DNA from: Nitrospirota bacterium | Lineage (GTDB): Bacteria > Nitrospirota > JACRHJ01 | Direction: 5' to 3' | Length of the DNA: 64,000 nt | Assembly (NCBI GenBank): GCA_963698885.1 | Contig: CAVOSJ010000006.1 | Span: 325,186-389,185 of the forward strand | Shown: positions 19,207 through 29,557 of the stretch, piece after piece | How positions within the stretch are numbered: the first letter of the stretch is position 1 | Layout: the number at the start of each line of letters is the position of its first letter | Notes under the pieces: generated by a model | Databases searched by the model: none | What the model was told of the DNA's origin: nothing | The model's input: only the letters and a program-made list of their open reading frames with translations | Made by a program: the position numbers and the translations under genes

Positions 19207-21300
19207 ATGAAGTTCAATGGAAACGGCATCCACGGCGAGGGGGACGGCGCGGGCGACATAAAAAAGCGCCTGTGGCTGCTTAGCGTCTGCGTCCTGGTCT
19301 TTTTCGCGGTCATAGTCTTAAGGCTCTGGTACCTCCAGGTGATAAAGGGCTCGTACTACCGCGAGCTCTCCGAGAATAACCGCATCCGCATCATCAGCAT
19401 CCGCCCTCCCAGGGGAATCATCTACGACAGAAACGGTATCCCGCTGGCCGCCAATACGCCCAGCTACACCATAACCTTCACCCCCGAAGACGCGAAGGGG
19501 ATGCCGCAGGTGACGGCGAAGCTGGCCTCCATCATCGGGGCGACGCAGTCGGAGCTGGAGGGTTTTATCAGGTCGGAGAAGTACCGGAACCCCTACCAGC
19601 CTATACGGGTGCGGGAGAACGCCTCGTTCGCCGAGATATCGGAGGTCGAGGCGGCGAAGGACGACCTGCCCGGCGTGTCGGTGGAGGTGGAACTCAGGCG
19701 CTACTATCCTTACGGAGATTTCGCCTCGCACCTGCTCGGCTATATCGGCAAGATAACGCCGGACCAGCACGAGACGCCCGAGTATGCGGACCTGCCGCCG
19801 GATTTCCTAATCGGGCAGTACGGGATAGAAAAGCTCTTCGATAAAGTCATACGCGGCGTGCCCGGGAAGAAGGGCGTCGAGGTGGACGCGATGGGCCGCC
19901 AGAAAAGGATAATCTATACCGTGGAGCCGGTTGCCGGGGAAGACCTGGTCACCACGATTGACTATAGGGCGCAGGCTGCCGCGGAAGAGGCGATGAAGGG
20001 CCATGCCGGGGCGATTGTCGCCATCGACCCGCGAAACGGTGACGTGCTGGCGATGGTGTCGAAGCCCGGTTTCGACCCGAACATATTCCCCGTCGGCCTC
20101 ACCCGGAAAGACTGGCAATACCTTACGACGGACAAGGACAAGCCGCTGAATAACCGCGCGCTCCAGGGACAGTTCCCGCCGGGCTCGACGTTCAAGCTGG
20201 CCATGTCGCTCGCGGGGCTGGAGACAGGAAAGGCGAACCTGGAGGTCAACTGCACCGGCGGCTGGGGCTTCGGAGGCAGGGTCTTCCACTGCTGGGATAA
20301 GAAGGGGCACGGCCGCGTCCAGCTGCACATGGCCATAGTGGAGTCCTGCGACGTGTTCTTCTACAACCTCGGCAACAACATGGGTATAGACAACATCGCA
20401 AAGTACGCCAATTACCTGGGACTGGGGATGCCCACCGGCATCGGCCTCAGGGAAGCGAAGGGTCTTATTCCTTCCACCGCGTGGAAGGAGAAGGTCCGCC
20501 ACTGCAAGTGGTATCCCGGCGAGACCATATCCTGCTCGATAGGCCAGGGCTACGTGAGCGTCACCCCGATACAGCTCGCCCGGATGACGGCTACCCTGAC
20601 GAACGGCGGGACGCTCTACCAGCCGCAGGTGGTGAGCCAGATAAGATACAGGGACGGCCAGATAAAGCAGTTCCCGAAAGTGGCCCTGTGGAAGGTCCCG
20701 GCCAAGCAGCAGGACCTGGACATTATAAAGGACGGGATGACGGGCGTCGTCTGGGACCCCAGGGGCACCGCTCACGCGGCGCAGTCGGACAGGGTGATTA
20801 TCGGCGGCAAGACCGGCACGGCGCAGGTGATTGGCCTTGGCAAGGGTAAAGGCATGGATTACAAGGACCACGCCTGGTTCGTGGGGGCGGCCCCGATGGA
20901 CAACCCGAAAATAGCCATCTGCGTCCTGGTGGAGCACGGAGGGCACGGCGGCTCGGTGTCGGCGCCGATGGCGAAGCAGGTCAGTCGAGGCGTACCTGCG
21001 ATAGACGACAAGACGATTGCCCGGAAGAACGGCTTCGGAAACCTTACCGGCATCTTCCTTACAAAGGCGGTAAAGACTTTCAGCAATATCACCGGGAGCC
21101 GCCTGGCGGCATTCAGGACGATGACGGGCGCGGCGAAGACCAGGACGCTCCTTGTCAGTAACACGGAAAAAAATAATACGAAGGTAAAACCTGCGGATAA
21201 GCGGAAAAAAGAGGACAAAAAGAATCCGCACTCAAAGGCGCACGCGAAGCCGCGTGAGGCCCTGCCGGAAAAGAAGATGAAACTGAAGAAAAGGGCTTAA
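19207..21300 (+). CDS. mrdA: penicillin-binding protein 2 (peptidoglycan D,D-transpeptidase MrdA) with Lys-rich C-terminal tail
   Basis: 697 aa; N-terminal TM, PBP dimerisation domain, transpeptidase domain (STFK, SCS, KTGTA-type blocks). Confidence 0.9.
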   Translation: MKFNGNGIHGEGDGAGDIKKRLWLLSVCVLVFFAVIVLRLWYLQVIKGSYYRELSENNRIRIISIRPPRGIIYDRNGIPLAANTPSYTITFTPEDAKGMPQVTAKLASIIGATQSELEGFIRSEKYRNPYQPIRVRENASFAEISEVEAAKDDLPGVSVEVELRRYYPYGDFASHLLGYIGKITPDQHETPEYADLPPDFLIGQYGIEKLFDKVIRGVPGKKGVEVDAMGRQKRIIYTVEPVAGEDLVTTIDYRAQAAAEEAMKGHAGAIVAIDPRNGDVLAMVSKPGFDPNIFPVGLTRKDWQYLTTDKDKPLNNRALQGQFPPGSTFKLAMSLAGLETGKANLEVNCTGGWGFGGRVFHCWDKKGHGRVQLHMAIVESCDVFFYNLGNNMGIDNIAKYANYLGLGMPTGIGLREAKGLIPSTAWKEKVRHCKWYPGETISCSIGQGYVSVTPIQLARMTATLTNGGTLYQPQVVSQIRYRDGQIKQFPKVALWKVPAKQQDLDIIKDGMTGVVWDPRGTAHAAQSDRVIIGGKTGTAQVIGLGKGKGMDYKDHAWFVGAAPMDNPKIAICVLVEHGGHGGSVSAPMAKQVSRGVPAIDDKTIARKNGFGNLTGIFLTKAVKTFSNITGSRLAAFRTMTGAAKTRTLLVSNTEKNNTKVKPADKRKKEDKKNPHSKAHAKPREALPEKKMKLKKRA

Positions 21301-21306
21301 GCTTAA

Positions 21307-22428
21307 ATGGCTGACAGGCACAAAAGGATAATTTCCAACTTCGATATAAATTTCCTGATTGCAGTCGCGGCGCTCATCGGCATCGGCCTGACCGCGGTTT
21401 ACTCCGCAACCTACAGCATGAGCGGCGGCAGCCATGCGTTATTCAAGAAGCAGCTCGTCTGGATAATATTCGGGCTGGTGACGATGGCCGGCCTCGCCTT
21501 CTTCGATTACCGCCGCCTGGAACGCTGGGGGTACGTCCTGTACGGGATTGCGATAGCGCTCCTTCTGGCCACGCTCGCCGTCGGGCATTCGGGCATGGGC
21601 GCGCAGAGGTGGCTCCCGCTGGGGCCGTTCGCCTTCCAGCCGTCCGAGGTGGCGAAGCTCTGCATAATAATCGCATTGGCCAAGTATTTCTCGGAGGACA
21701 GAATAACAAGCGGGCACACTCTTCGCGAGCTGATCAAGCCGTTTTTGCTCGTGATAGTCCCGGTTGCCCTTGTGATAAAACAGCCGGACCTGGGCACCGG
21801 GCTCATGTTCCTTTTCATATTCTGCGCGGTCGTCATAGTCGCGGGGATAAGGATAAAATCGTTCCTGTACCTGGTGGTGACCGCGGCGCTCTCGGCCCCG
21901 CTCGTATGGGGAATCGCCTGGAGACACCTGAAGGACTATCAGAAGAAACGCCTCACCATGTTCCTCTCGCCGGAGCTGGACCCGGCGGGCGCGGGCTATC
22001 ATATCATACAGTCGAAGATCGCCATCGGCTCCGGCAGTCTCACGGGCAAGGGATTTCTGCACGGGACGCAGAGCCAGTTAAGTTTCCTTCCCGAGCGGCA
22101 CACGGATTTTATTTTCTCCGTAATCTCGGAGGAATGGGGGTTCATCGGCTCCATAACCGTCCTTGCGGTGTACCTGTTCATCGTGCTCTGGGGGATAGAG
22201 ACCGCGCAAAAGTCCAAGGACCGTTTCGGCTCGCTTATCGCCGTGGGCGCGGTCGCGATGATATTTTTCCATATCGTGATAAACATCGGGATGACAGTGG
22301 GCATAATGCCGGTCGTGGGCGTGCCGCTCCCGCTCGTCAGCTACGGCGGGACATCGGCGCTTACGACATTGATTGCCCTGGGATTACTCGCCAGCGTGAA
22401 TCTGAGACGGTTCAAGCTATTTTATTAA
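21307..22428 (+). CDS. rodA: peptidoglycan glycosyltransferase RodA (SEDS family)
   Basis: 373 aa, 10-TM FtsW/RodA/SpoVE-family protein directly after mrdA. Confidence 0.9.
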   Translation: MADRHKRIISNFDINFLIAVAALIGIGLTAVYSATYSMSGGSHALFKKQLVWIIFGLVTMAGLAFFDYRRLERWGYVLYGIAIALLLATLAVGHSGMGAQRWLPLGPFAFQPSEVAKLCIIIALAKYFSEDRITSGHTLRELIKPFLLVIVPVALVIKQPDLGTGLMFLFIFCAVVIVAGIRIKSFLYLVVTAALSAPLVWGIAWRHLKDYQKKRLTMFLSPELDPAGAGYHIIQSKIAIGSGSLTGKGFLHGTQSQLSFLPERHTDFIFSVISEEWGFIGSITVLAVYLFIVLWGIETAQKSKDRFGSLIAVGAVAMIFFHIVINIGMTVGIMPVVGVPLPLVSYGGTSALTTLIALGLLASVNLRRFKLFY

Positions 22429-22431
22429 ACC

Positions 22432-22528
22432 CTTTACTTTCTTTTCGAGAAAAGAAAGTAACAAAGAAAAGCTGGACTGAAAGTCTCGCTTTCTTTTGCT
22501 ACTTTTCTTTCACGGGAAAGAAAAGTAG
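22432..22528. repeat. mosaic palindromic intergenic repeat, copy 5
   Basis: CTTTACTTTCTTTTC-GA-GAAAAGAAAGTAAC ... GCTACTTTTCTTTC-ACGG-GAAAGAAAAGTAG. Confidence 0.9.
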
Positions 22529-22535
22529 GACTTAA

Positions 22536-25043
22536 ATGTTTAAAGATAAAATCCTGCGAATCCTCCCCCTTGTCACCAAGCCCACGCGCTACATCGGCGC
22601 GGAGGTCAACGCCGTAGTGAAGGACCCGGATTCGGTCTCGCTTACGTGGGCGCTCTGTTTCCCGGACGCATACGAAGTGGGCATGTCCCACCTGGGCTTG
22701 AAGGTCCTCTACGAGATACTGAACGCGCGTGCCGATATCTGGGCCCAGCGCGTGTTCGCGCCGTGGCCGGACATGGAGGAAAAACTCAGGGAGCATAACC
22801 TGCCGCTCTACGCCCTTGAAGGTTTCACGCCGCTTGGCGAAATGGACATCATCGCCTTCACGCTCCAGTACGAGCTGTCCTACACCAATATCCTGAACAT
22901 GCTGGATTTATCCGGACTCCCGGTATATTCGAAAGACAGAGACGAAACGCATCCGCTCGTGATTGCGGGCGGCCCCTGCGCCTTAAACCCGGAGCCGCTG
23001 GCTGAGTTCATAGACGTATTCGACATCGGGGATTCCGAGGAGTCGGTGCTTGAGATATCCGACATAGTGCTGGACTTCAAAAGGCGCGGCGTGAAGGATA
23101 AAAAAGCCCTGCTCCTCGCTCTTTCGAAAGTCGAAGGCGTTTACGTCCCGGCGCATTTCGAAGTTTTGAAAGACCAGGGCGGCAAAATAGAGAAGATAAA
23201 AAACGTGGCCGGCGGCCCGGACAGGGTCAGAAGGCGCCTGATAAAAGACCTGGACAAAGCGGCGTTCCCCGTGCGCCCGCCGGTGCCGTACATGGCCGCC
23301 GTGCATAACCGCATCACGCTTGAGATCTCGCGCGGATGCCCGCGCGGATGCCGGTTCTGCCAGGCCGGGTATATCTACAGGCCGATGCGCGAGAGGGGTC
23401 TTCCCCGCCTTATGGAACTGGCGGAGGCCGCCCTTTCATCTACCGGCTGCGACGAGCTGTCCCTTTCCTCGCTCTCGGCCGGGGACCACAGCTCCCTCCT
23501 CCCGCTGATGACGAACCTTATGGACGTCTATAGCCAGAGGAAGGTCTCGATATCGCTTCCGTCGTTAAGGGTGGGTACGCTCACGCCGGAGATGTGTAGC
23601 GAGATAAGGCGCGTCAGGAAGACCGGGTTCACCATCGCGCCCGAGGCGGGCACCCAACGCTTAAGGGACGTGATAAACAAAAATATCTCAGAGGACGCTC
23701 TGACCGAGACCGCGGCGACGGTATTTTCATCCGGCTGGGACCTGATAAAGCTCTACTTCATGGTGGGCCTGCCGACAGAGACCGACGACGACCTGCGCGG
23801 CATAATAGACCTGTCCCGGAAGGTATTGAACGCAGGTAAAGGCGGGGGCGGCAGGCGGAAGGGCGTGAATGTCGGCGTCAGCGCATTCGTGCCCAAGCCC
23901 CATACGCCGTTTGAGCGGCTGGGGCAGATACCGATATCCGAGATGCGCAGAAGGAAAGACATTTTAAAGAGCGCACTGGGCAGGAAACCGTTCGCGATGA
24001 AGACCGGCTTCGCCGAGACGAGCGCGCTTGAATCCGCATTCGCCAGGGGCGGCCGGGAAACAGGCCAGGCGCTTTATAACGCCTGGAAGGCCGGCGCGCG
24101 TTTCGACGGCTGGACGGAGTACTTCAACTGGCAGACGTGGCTGGACGCGTTCAAGGATGCCGGCATGGACGTGGAGGATGAGGCGGCGCGCGAGTTCACT
24201 CCGGACGAGATACTGCCCTGGGGCCACATCGACTGCGGCGTGACCGACAAATTTTTCAAAAGTGAGCTGGAAAAAGCCCTGCGCGGCGAGACCAGCCGGG
24301 ACTGCCTGGACAAGTGCACGGCGTGCGGCCTTGAGTGCAAAAAAGAGGAGAGCGATATAACGCCCCAGCCGCACGTCAGCCCGTCCGCGCCGCCGGGGGC
24401 GGGTTATGGCAATAGGACGGAGTGTGAGAAGCAGCCAATGGCTAAACGGCCAATGGCCGTGGCTGCGCCCGCGAGGATACGCATCTCGTACACGAAGCTC
24501 ATGCCGCTGGCCATGCTCTCGCATACGGAGATGATGACGCTTTTTTTCCGGGCAATCTCGCGCGCGGGGCTGCCCGTGGCTTTCTCGGAAGGTTTTAACC
24601 CGCACCCGAAGCTTTCGTTTGGTCCCGCGCTCGGTGTCGGGATAGAATCGGAGGCGGAAATCCTTGACATAGAACTGAGTTATGCTATAGACTTGATGAT
24701 GGCCGCGAAGGCCCTGAACATGGCGCTGCCGTCAGGCGTGAGGGTTTCAGAAGCCCGTTATATCTCGCCGAAAGAGGCCCCCGCGGGGGTCGGCCTTACC
24801 TCTTACGAGTACGAAATGGAAGTCCCCGGGGGAGCGGACGCCGAGGGTGCTATCTCCGGGTTCCTTGCAAAAGCAAAGCGCGGTGATTACCCGCGTCTCC
24901 GAGAAGGGGGACAAGGAAATAGATATACGCCCGATGGTGCGCAGCCTGGAGGCAGCTCGGGACGGGCGGACGGTTATTTTTACGCTGACGGCAGTCGATG
25001 GCAAGGGCGCAAAACCCTTCGAGGCGGCCCAGGCTATATTTAA
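22536..25043 (+). CDS. B12-binding radical SAM protein fused to a DUF2344-type C-terminal domain
   Basis: 835 aa; N-terminal B12-binding-like region, radical SAM core with CPRGCRFC cluster motif, C-terminal DUF2344-like block (RISYTKLMPLAMLSHTEMMTLFFRAISRAGLPVAFSEGFNPHPK); family often neighbours rodA/RNase G genes. Confidence 0.8.
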   Translation: MFKDKILRILPLVTKPTRYIGAEVNAVVKDPDSVSLTWALCFPDAYEVGMSHLGLKVLYEILNARADIWAQRVFAPWPDMEEKLREHNLPLYALEGFTPLGEMDIIAFTLQYELSYTNILNMLDLSGLPVYSKDRDETHPLVIAGGPCALNPEPLAEFIDVFDIGDSEESVLEISDIVLDFKRRGVKDKKALLLALSKVEGVYVPAHFEVLKDQGGKIEKIKNVAGGPDRVRRRLIKDLDKAAFPVRPPVPYMAAVHNRITLEISRGCPRGCRFCQAGYIYRPMRERGLPRLMELAEAALSSTGCDELSLSSLSAGDHSSLLPLMTNLMDVYSQRKVSISLPSLRVGTLTPEMCSEIRRVRKTGFTIAPEAGTQRLRDVINKNISEDALTETAATVFSSGWDLIKLYFMVGLPTETDDDLRGIIDLSRKVLNAGKGGGGRRKGVNVGVSAFVPKPHTPFERLGQIPISEMRRRKDILKSALGRKPFAMKTGFAETSALESAFARGGRETGQALYNAWKAGARFDGWTEYFNWQTWLDAFKDAGMDVEDEAAREFTPDEILPWGHIDCGVTDKFFKSELEKALRGETSRDCLDKCTACGLECKKEESDITPQPHVSPSAPPGAGYGNRTECEKQPMAKRPMAVAAPARIRISYTKLMPLAMLSHTEMMTLFFRAISRAGLPVAFSEGFNPHPKLSFGPALGVGIESEAEILDIELSYAIDLMMAAKALNMALPSGVRVSEARYISPKEAPAGVGLTSYEYEMEVPGGADAEGAISGFLAKAKRGDYPRLREGGQGNRYTPDGAQPGGSSGRADGYFYADGSRWQGRKTLRGGPGYI

Positions 25044-25105
25044 TTTACAGCCGCCGGAATCGAAGGCGATTCGGATAAAGCGGCTTAGGATTTTTTAAAC
25101 AACCC

Positions 25106-25202
25106 TTTACTTTCTTTTCGGGTGAAAAGAAAGTAACAAAGAAAAGCCGGAGTTAAAAGCCCAGCTTTCTTTTGCTACTTTTCTTTCTCGAAAGAAAAGT
25201 AG
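25106..25202. repeat. mosaic palindromic intergenic repeat, copy 6
   Basis: TTTACTTTCTTTTC-GGGT-GAAAAGAAAGTAAC ... GCTACTTTTCTTTC-TC-GAAAGAAAAGTAG. Confidence 0.9.
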
Positions 25203-25212
25203 AAAGACTTAA

Positions 25213-26743
25213 ATGCCAACTGAGATAATAGTAAGCGCGAGCCACCAGGAGACACGGGTGGCGCTGTTAGAGAACAAGCTTGTGACGGAGATATTCATCG
25301 AACGGGCGAAGGACCGCGGCAACACCGGCAACGTCTACAAAGGCCGCGTGGTGAAGGTCCTGCCGGGGATGCAGGCCGCGTTCGTGGATATCGGCCTTAG
25401 AGAAATCCGCCTTCCTTTACGTCGCCGACGTCTATAACTCCGTGGAAGAGTACGCCCACATGATGGCGGAGGACATAACGGCGGAAGAAGAGGAGATCGA
25501 GATAGAGGAAGAGGGCCGGCCCAGACGCAGGCGGCCGTCGTCCATGACCATAGAAGAGCTGCTCCAGGAAGGGCAGGAGATAATCGTGCAGGTGGCCAAG
25601 GAGCCTATCGGCACGAAGGGCGCGCGGGTAACGAGCTATGTCACCCTGCCCGGGCGCTACGCCGTCTATATGCCCACCGTGGACCATATCGGCATCTCCC
25701 GCCGGATCGAGAGCGAGGCGGAGAGAAAGCGCCTGAAGGACATAGTGATGTCGCTTAAGAAGCCCGGCGCGGGCTATATCGTCCGCACGGTCTCGGAGGG
25801 CCAGGACGATGCGGAGCTGAAGCGCGATATGGACTTCCTGGAGCTTCTCTGGCAGAGGATACTCAAAAAGAACGAAAAACTCTCCGCGCCGTCAGTGCTC
25901 CATTACGACCTGGACCTGGTCTTCCGCACCATACGCGACCTGTTCACCCTGGACGTCGAGAAGCTGGTGATAGACAGCGCCTCCGAATACCAGAGGGTGA
26001 AGGAGTTCGCCGACGCCTACCTCCCGCAGCTTAGCGAAAAGGTGGAGCTGTACGACAAGGACGAGCCGATATTCGACGCCTACGACGTGGAGATAGAGAT
26101 ATCGCGCGCGCTGGGCCGCAAGGTCTGGCTTAAATCCGGCGGCTATATCGTCATCGACCAGTCCGAGGCCCTGACGGCAATCGACGTGAACACCGGACGC
26201 TACGTCGGGAAACGGAACCTGGAGGACACGATCCTCAAGACAAACCTCGAAGCCGTGAGAGAGATCGCGTATCAGCTGAGGCTTCGGAACATCGGCGGCA
26301 TCATCATCCTGGACTTAATCGACATGGAGAAGGAGGAGAACCGCCGCAAGGTCTATACGTCGCTGCAGGAGTACCTCTCCCACGACAAGGCCAAGACGAA
26401 CATCTACCACCTCTCGGACCTGGGGCTCATCGAGATGACCCGCAAAAGGACGCGCGAGAGCCTGGGCAGAAGCCTTTGCGACCCGTGCCCCTACTGCGAG
26501 GGCCGTGGCTTCATCAAGAGCAGCGTCACCGTCTGCTACGAGATATTCCGCGAGATACGCCGCATCGCCCACTCCGCGAAAGAGAAGAAGATAATGGTCT
26601 CCGTGAACCCGGAGGTGGCGGACCTGCTCTTCGACGAGGAGCGCCAGGGCGTCGATGACCTGGAGATGGAGTTCAAGAAGAAGCTCATAATCAAGGGCGA
26701 CACGACGCTCCACCAGGAGCAGTACGATATCGTGATGGTATAG
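25213..26743 (+). CDS. rng: ribonuclease G/E-family endoribonuclease; one apparent +1 indel near 25397
   Basis: ORF 25213..25437 (S1 domain start, ...AAFVDIGL) continues in the next frame as EKSAFLYVADV... (ORF 25442..26743, catalytic domain). Confidence 0.85.
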
Positions 26744-26746
26744 ACC

Positions 26747-26842
26747 GTACTTTTCTTTCGCGAAAGAAAAGTACCAAAAGAAAGCCGGGCAGTTAAGTCC
26801 GGCTTTTCTTTGTTACTTTCTTTTCACCCGAAAAGAAAGTAA
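26747..26842. repeat. mosaic palindromic intergenic repeat, copy 7
   Basis: GTACTTTTCTTTC-GC-GAAAGAAAAGTAC ... GTTACTTTCTTTTC-ACCC-GAAAAGAAAGTAAG. Confidence 0.9.
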
Positions 26843-26862
26843 GGTCTGCTATAATTATTCCT

Positions 26863-27910
26863 ATGGCCGAGACCGAAAAAATTCCCGAAGAAGCAAAAGA
26901 GATGCTCGCGCGCCTCAAGGAGACGGCGGGCAGCTCCGGGCTGCTGCGGGTGATGATTTACGGGAACCCGGACCCGGACGCCCTGGCTTCCGCGATGGCG
27001 CTGAAGAGCGTGCTGGATGAGGCGACCGGCGGGAAGCTGACGGTGGAACTCAATTACACCGGCGCGGTCGGCAGGCCGGAAAACGCGTCCATGATACGCC
27101 AGTTGAAGATCCCGGTCACCCCGATATCCGAGGCGGAGGCGAAGGACGCGGACAGGATTGCGATAGTGGACGGCCAGCCGCAGTTCTTCCAGGACTTCAC
27201 CCTCCCGCGCTGCGACATCGTTATCGACCATCACCCCAGGCTCCTGGACCGCCCCGTCCCGTTCGAGGACATCCGGCCCGAATACCTCTCCACCTCCTCG
27301 ATAATGACGGAGTACATGCGGGCCTCCGGCATGCGCCTTACGCGGGGGATTGCCAGCGCACTCTTATACGGCATCAAGACCGACTCCCGGAATTTCATGG
27401 CCGACTTATCAATCGGCGACATTGACGCGCTCAAGTGGCTCCGGGCGAAATCCGACCGGGACATAGTGAAGCGCATAGAGTTCTCCCAGTTCTCGCGGGA
27501 CGCGCTGGACTATTTCTCCATCGCGCTGGTGCGGCGGCGGTTCGTGCAGGGCGTGATGTTCACGCACCTGGGCCCGGTGCCCAGCTATGACGTTTGCGTG
27601 CAGATAGCGGACTTCCTGATAAGGGTGGAGCACGTGGAGTGGGCGCTTGTCACGGGCATCGTGGCGACGGAACTGGTGGTGGTATTCAGGAACGACGGGG
27701 TGAAGAAGGACGCGGGCTATCTATCGCGCACGGCTTTCGGAAAGCTGGGGAGCGCCGGGCGGACATAAGTCCATGGGCCGCGCAAGCATCCCTCAGAAGA
27801 ACCTGCCGAACGGGCTACTCCTCACGGATAACAAGGGAATAGAAAAATTCGTCCTGACACAGCTAAGCAAGGTGGACCCGGTTTTCGCGCCGGTGTTGAA
27901 GACGATATAG
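26863..27910 (+). CDS. DHH/DHHA1-family phosphoesterase (NrnA-like); one apparent frameshift near 27760
   Basis: DHH motif region (IVIDHHP), DHHA1-like C-terminus continues in a shifted frame (...GSAGGHKSMGRASIPQKNL...) to a stop at 27908-27910. Confidence 0.75.
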
Positions 27911-27914
27911 AGAG

Positions 27915-28097
27915 CTACGCTTTCATCATCCCGACGACCCATAACGCATAGCAGACGACAACGGCGGAGCCCCAGAGAAGCGCCTTTTTATTGTCGAAGC
28001 GGCCCTGCTTCTGGAACGCGCCGAAGATGAAGCCGACCGTGCAGCCTATCCAGCCCAAAAAACCCAAGACCACAAGCGCGGCCCACGGATTGTCCAT
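27915..28097 (-). CDS. small two-TM membrane protein (60 aa), hypothetical
   Basis: ORF with two hydrophobic helices, compactly placed between the DHH gene and yraN; no family recognised. Confidence 0.35.
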   Translation of the reverse strand: MDNPWAALVVLGFLGWIGCTVGFIFGAFQKQGRFDNKKALLWGSAVVVCYALWVVGMMKA

Positions 28098-28119
28098 TCG
28101 TCCTCTCCTTAGTCGCTGG

Positions 28120-28491
28120 TCAGTACCCTTCGGATAACTCGAAGGCGTCCCTGACCACCTTTACCTTCAGACCCTCGCCGGGCAGGGAAAATATGCTTAC
28201 CACGTCGAACCGGCAGGGTGAATTGTATTTCTTCGTGCGGGTAAGGTACATCATGGCGGCGCGCGTAAGCTGCCTCTGTTTCCTTGCGTCCACCGCCAGC
28301 TCCGGCTCTCCGAACCTCTTGTCCCGGCGGGACTTCACTTCCACGAAGACTATAGTGTCCCCGTCCCTCGCGACAATGTCCAGCTCGCCCATCTTCGTCC
28401 GGTAGTTCCGCTCCAGGATTTTGTAGCCTAGCTTTTTGAGGTGCTTCTCCGCCGCATCCTCGCCGCTTGCCCCAAACTCCTTAGCGTCCAT
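28120..28491 (-). CDS. yraN: YraN-family endonuclease (UPF0102)
   Basis: 123 aa; GE(L)DIVA....VFVEVKSR pattern typical of the YraN family. Confidence 0.8.
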   Translation of the reverse strand: MDAKEFGASGEDAAEKHLKKLGYKILERNYRTKMGELDIVARDGDTIVFVEVKSRRDKRFGEPELAVDARKQRQLTRAAMMYLTRTKKYNSPCRFDVVSIFSLPGEGLKVKVVRDAFELSEGY

Positions 28492-28567
28492 AGGCCCCCG
28501 TTGCCCACATTATCCTAAATAACGCGGTAAGTTGTCAAGGAATTTGGGGGCCGATACACCGGGCGGA

Positions 28568-28664
28568 GGAGGCATTCCTTCCAGAACCTCATTATTCGCA
28601 ACCGCGCGTAAGTCGCTAATCTCTGTTTTACGCTCAACGATGAGCTTCTTCCAGGAACGCCTCC
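28568..28664 (-). repeat. structured ~95-bp element R1 (tandem duplicate of R2), closed by an 11-bp terminal stem
   Basis: GGAGGCATTCC...GGAACGCCTCC; near-identical partner at 28804-28896; the terminal stem is fully paired (with one G.U) only on the minus-strand transcript. Confidence 0.7.
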
Positions 28665-28681
28665 TCCGCCCGGTGAACCAG

Positions 28682-28790
28682 TTTGGGGAGGGAGTATTCT
28701 CGGAGAAAAATTATCGTTGAACGTAAAATAGAACGATTGCTGATGATGCGTTATTGTGAATAATAATTTTTCGGAGAGAATACTCCCTCC
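28682..28790. repeat. long imperfect inverted repeat between R1 and R2
   Basis: GGGAGGGAGTATTCTCGGAGAAAAATTAT ... ATAATTTTTCGGAGAGAATACTCCCTCCC. Confidence 0.7.
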
Positions 28791-28803
28791 CAATAAGGGG
28801 CTC

Positions 28804-28896
28804 GGAGGCATTCCTTCCAGAACCTCATTATTCGCAACCGCTCGTCAGCCGTTAATTTATTTTACGCTCAACGATGACCTCTTCAGGAACGCCTCC
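28804..28896 (-). repeat. structured ~95-bp element R2 (tandem duplicate of R1), immediately 3' of the UDG gene
   Basis: GGAGGCATTCCTTCCAGAACCTCATTATTCGCAACCGC...TTTTACGCTCAACGATGA...CAGGAACGCCTCC. Confidence 0.7.
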
Positions 28897-28903
28897 TCAG
28901 TAA

Positions 28904-29513
28904 TTAGAGCAGCGGCTTTACATGCTTCGCGATTAACGCGATTGCCTTCTCCAGCAACTTTTTATTATCCCCCATATACTGCCACGTGCTCCGGCCGGAC
29001 GGGTGCGGGAGCGCGATTACCAGCGTCTCGAAGCTGTGATACCTGCGCGGGACGGCCCTGCCCACGATGTCCGTAAGCTTCGCCGGGCCGAGCAGGCGCT
29101 CTATCGCGAGCTTCCCGATTGCCAGAATGACCTTCGGCTGGACGATGCGGAGTTCTTTTACAAGATACGCCGCGCAGTTATGTATTTCGATATCCCCCGG
29201 CGTCTCGCGGCGGCCGTTTTTGTCCGGGCCGGGATAGCACTTGGTTATGGCGGTCATGTAAGCATTCGCGCGGAAGGATTCTTCGTCGATGCCAGCACGG
29301 GCGAGCCATGAAAATAATGTCTGTCCCAGCCGTCCCGGCGAACGGCTTCCCTTCCCGGCACTCGACAAGCCCCGGCGACTGCCCGACGCTCATCACCTTC
29401 GCGCCGTATTTCCCGGATACGATCGGGTACGCGGGCGGCGGGATGTTGCACATCGTGCACGGGCGGATAAGCGAGATGAGGCGGGAGAATTCGGATTCGC
29501 GGCTCTCAAGCAT
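28904..29513 (-). CDS. uracil-DNA glycosylase, family 4; one apparent frameshift near 29300-29370
   Basis: ORF 29178..29513 carries the family-4 motif (GQSPGLVE...GKPFAGTAG) and ORF 28904..29368 the C-terminal half (AITKCYPG..., LPHPSGRS). Confidence 0.8.
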
Positions 29514-29557
29514 ATTTTTTCACCCGCTCCTCCGACCCCGGGCGTATCCCGCCCCGG

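Noticed and set aside
19807-21231. Long minus-strand ORF (474 aa) antisense to mrdA, and similar long antisense ORFs (e.g. 1268..1900, 6249..6995, 33849..34706, 34849..35925, 36263..36919, 42625..43248)
   Set aside because: Arg/Pro/Gly/Ala-rich low-complexity translations typical of the antisense strand of GC-rich genes; each is fully covered by a well-supported gene on the other strand.
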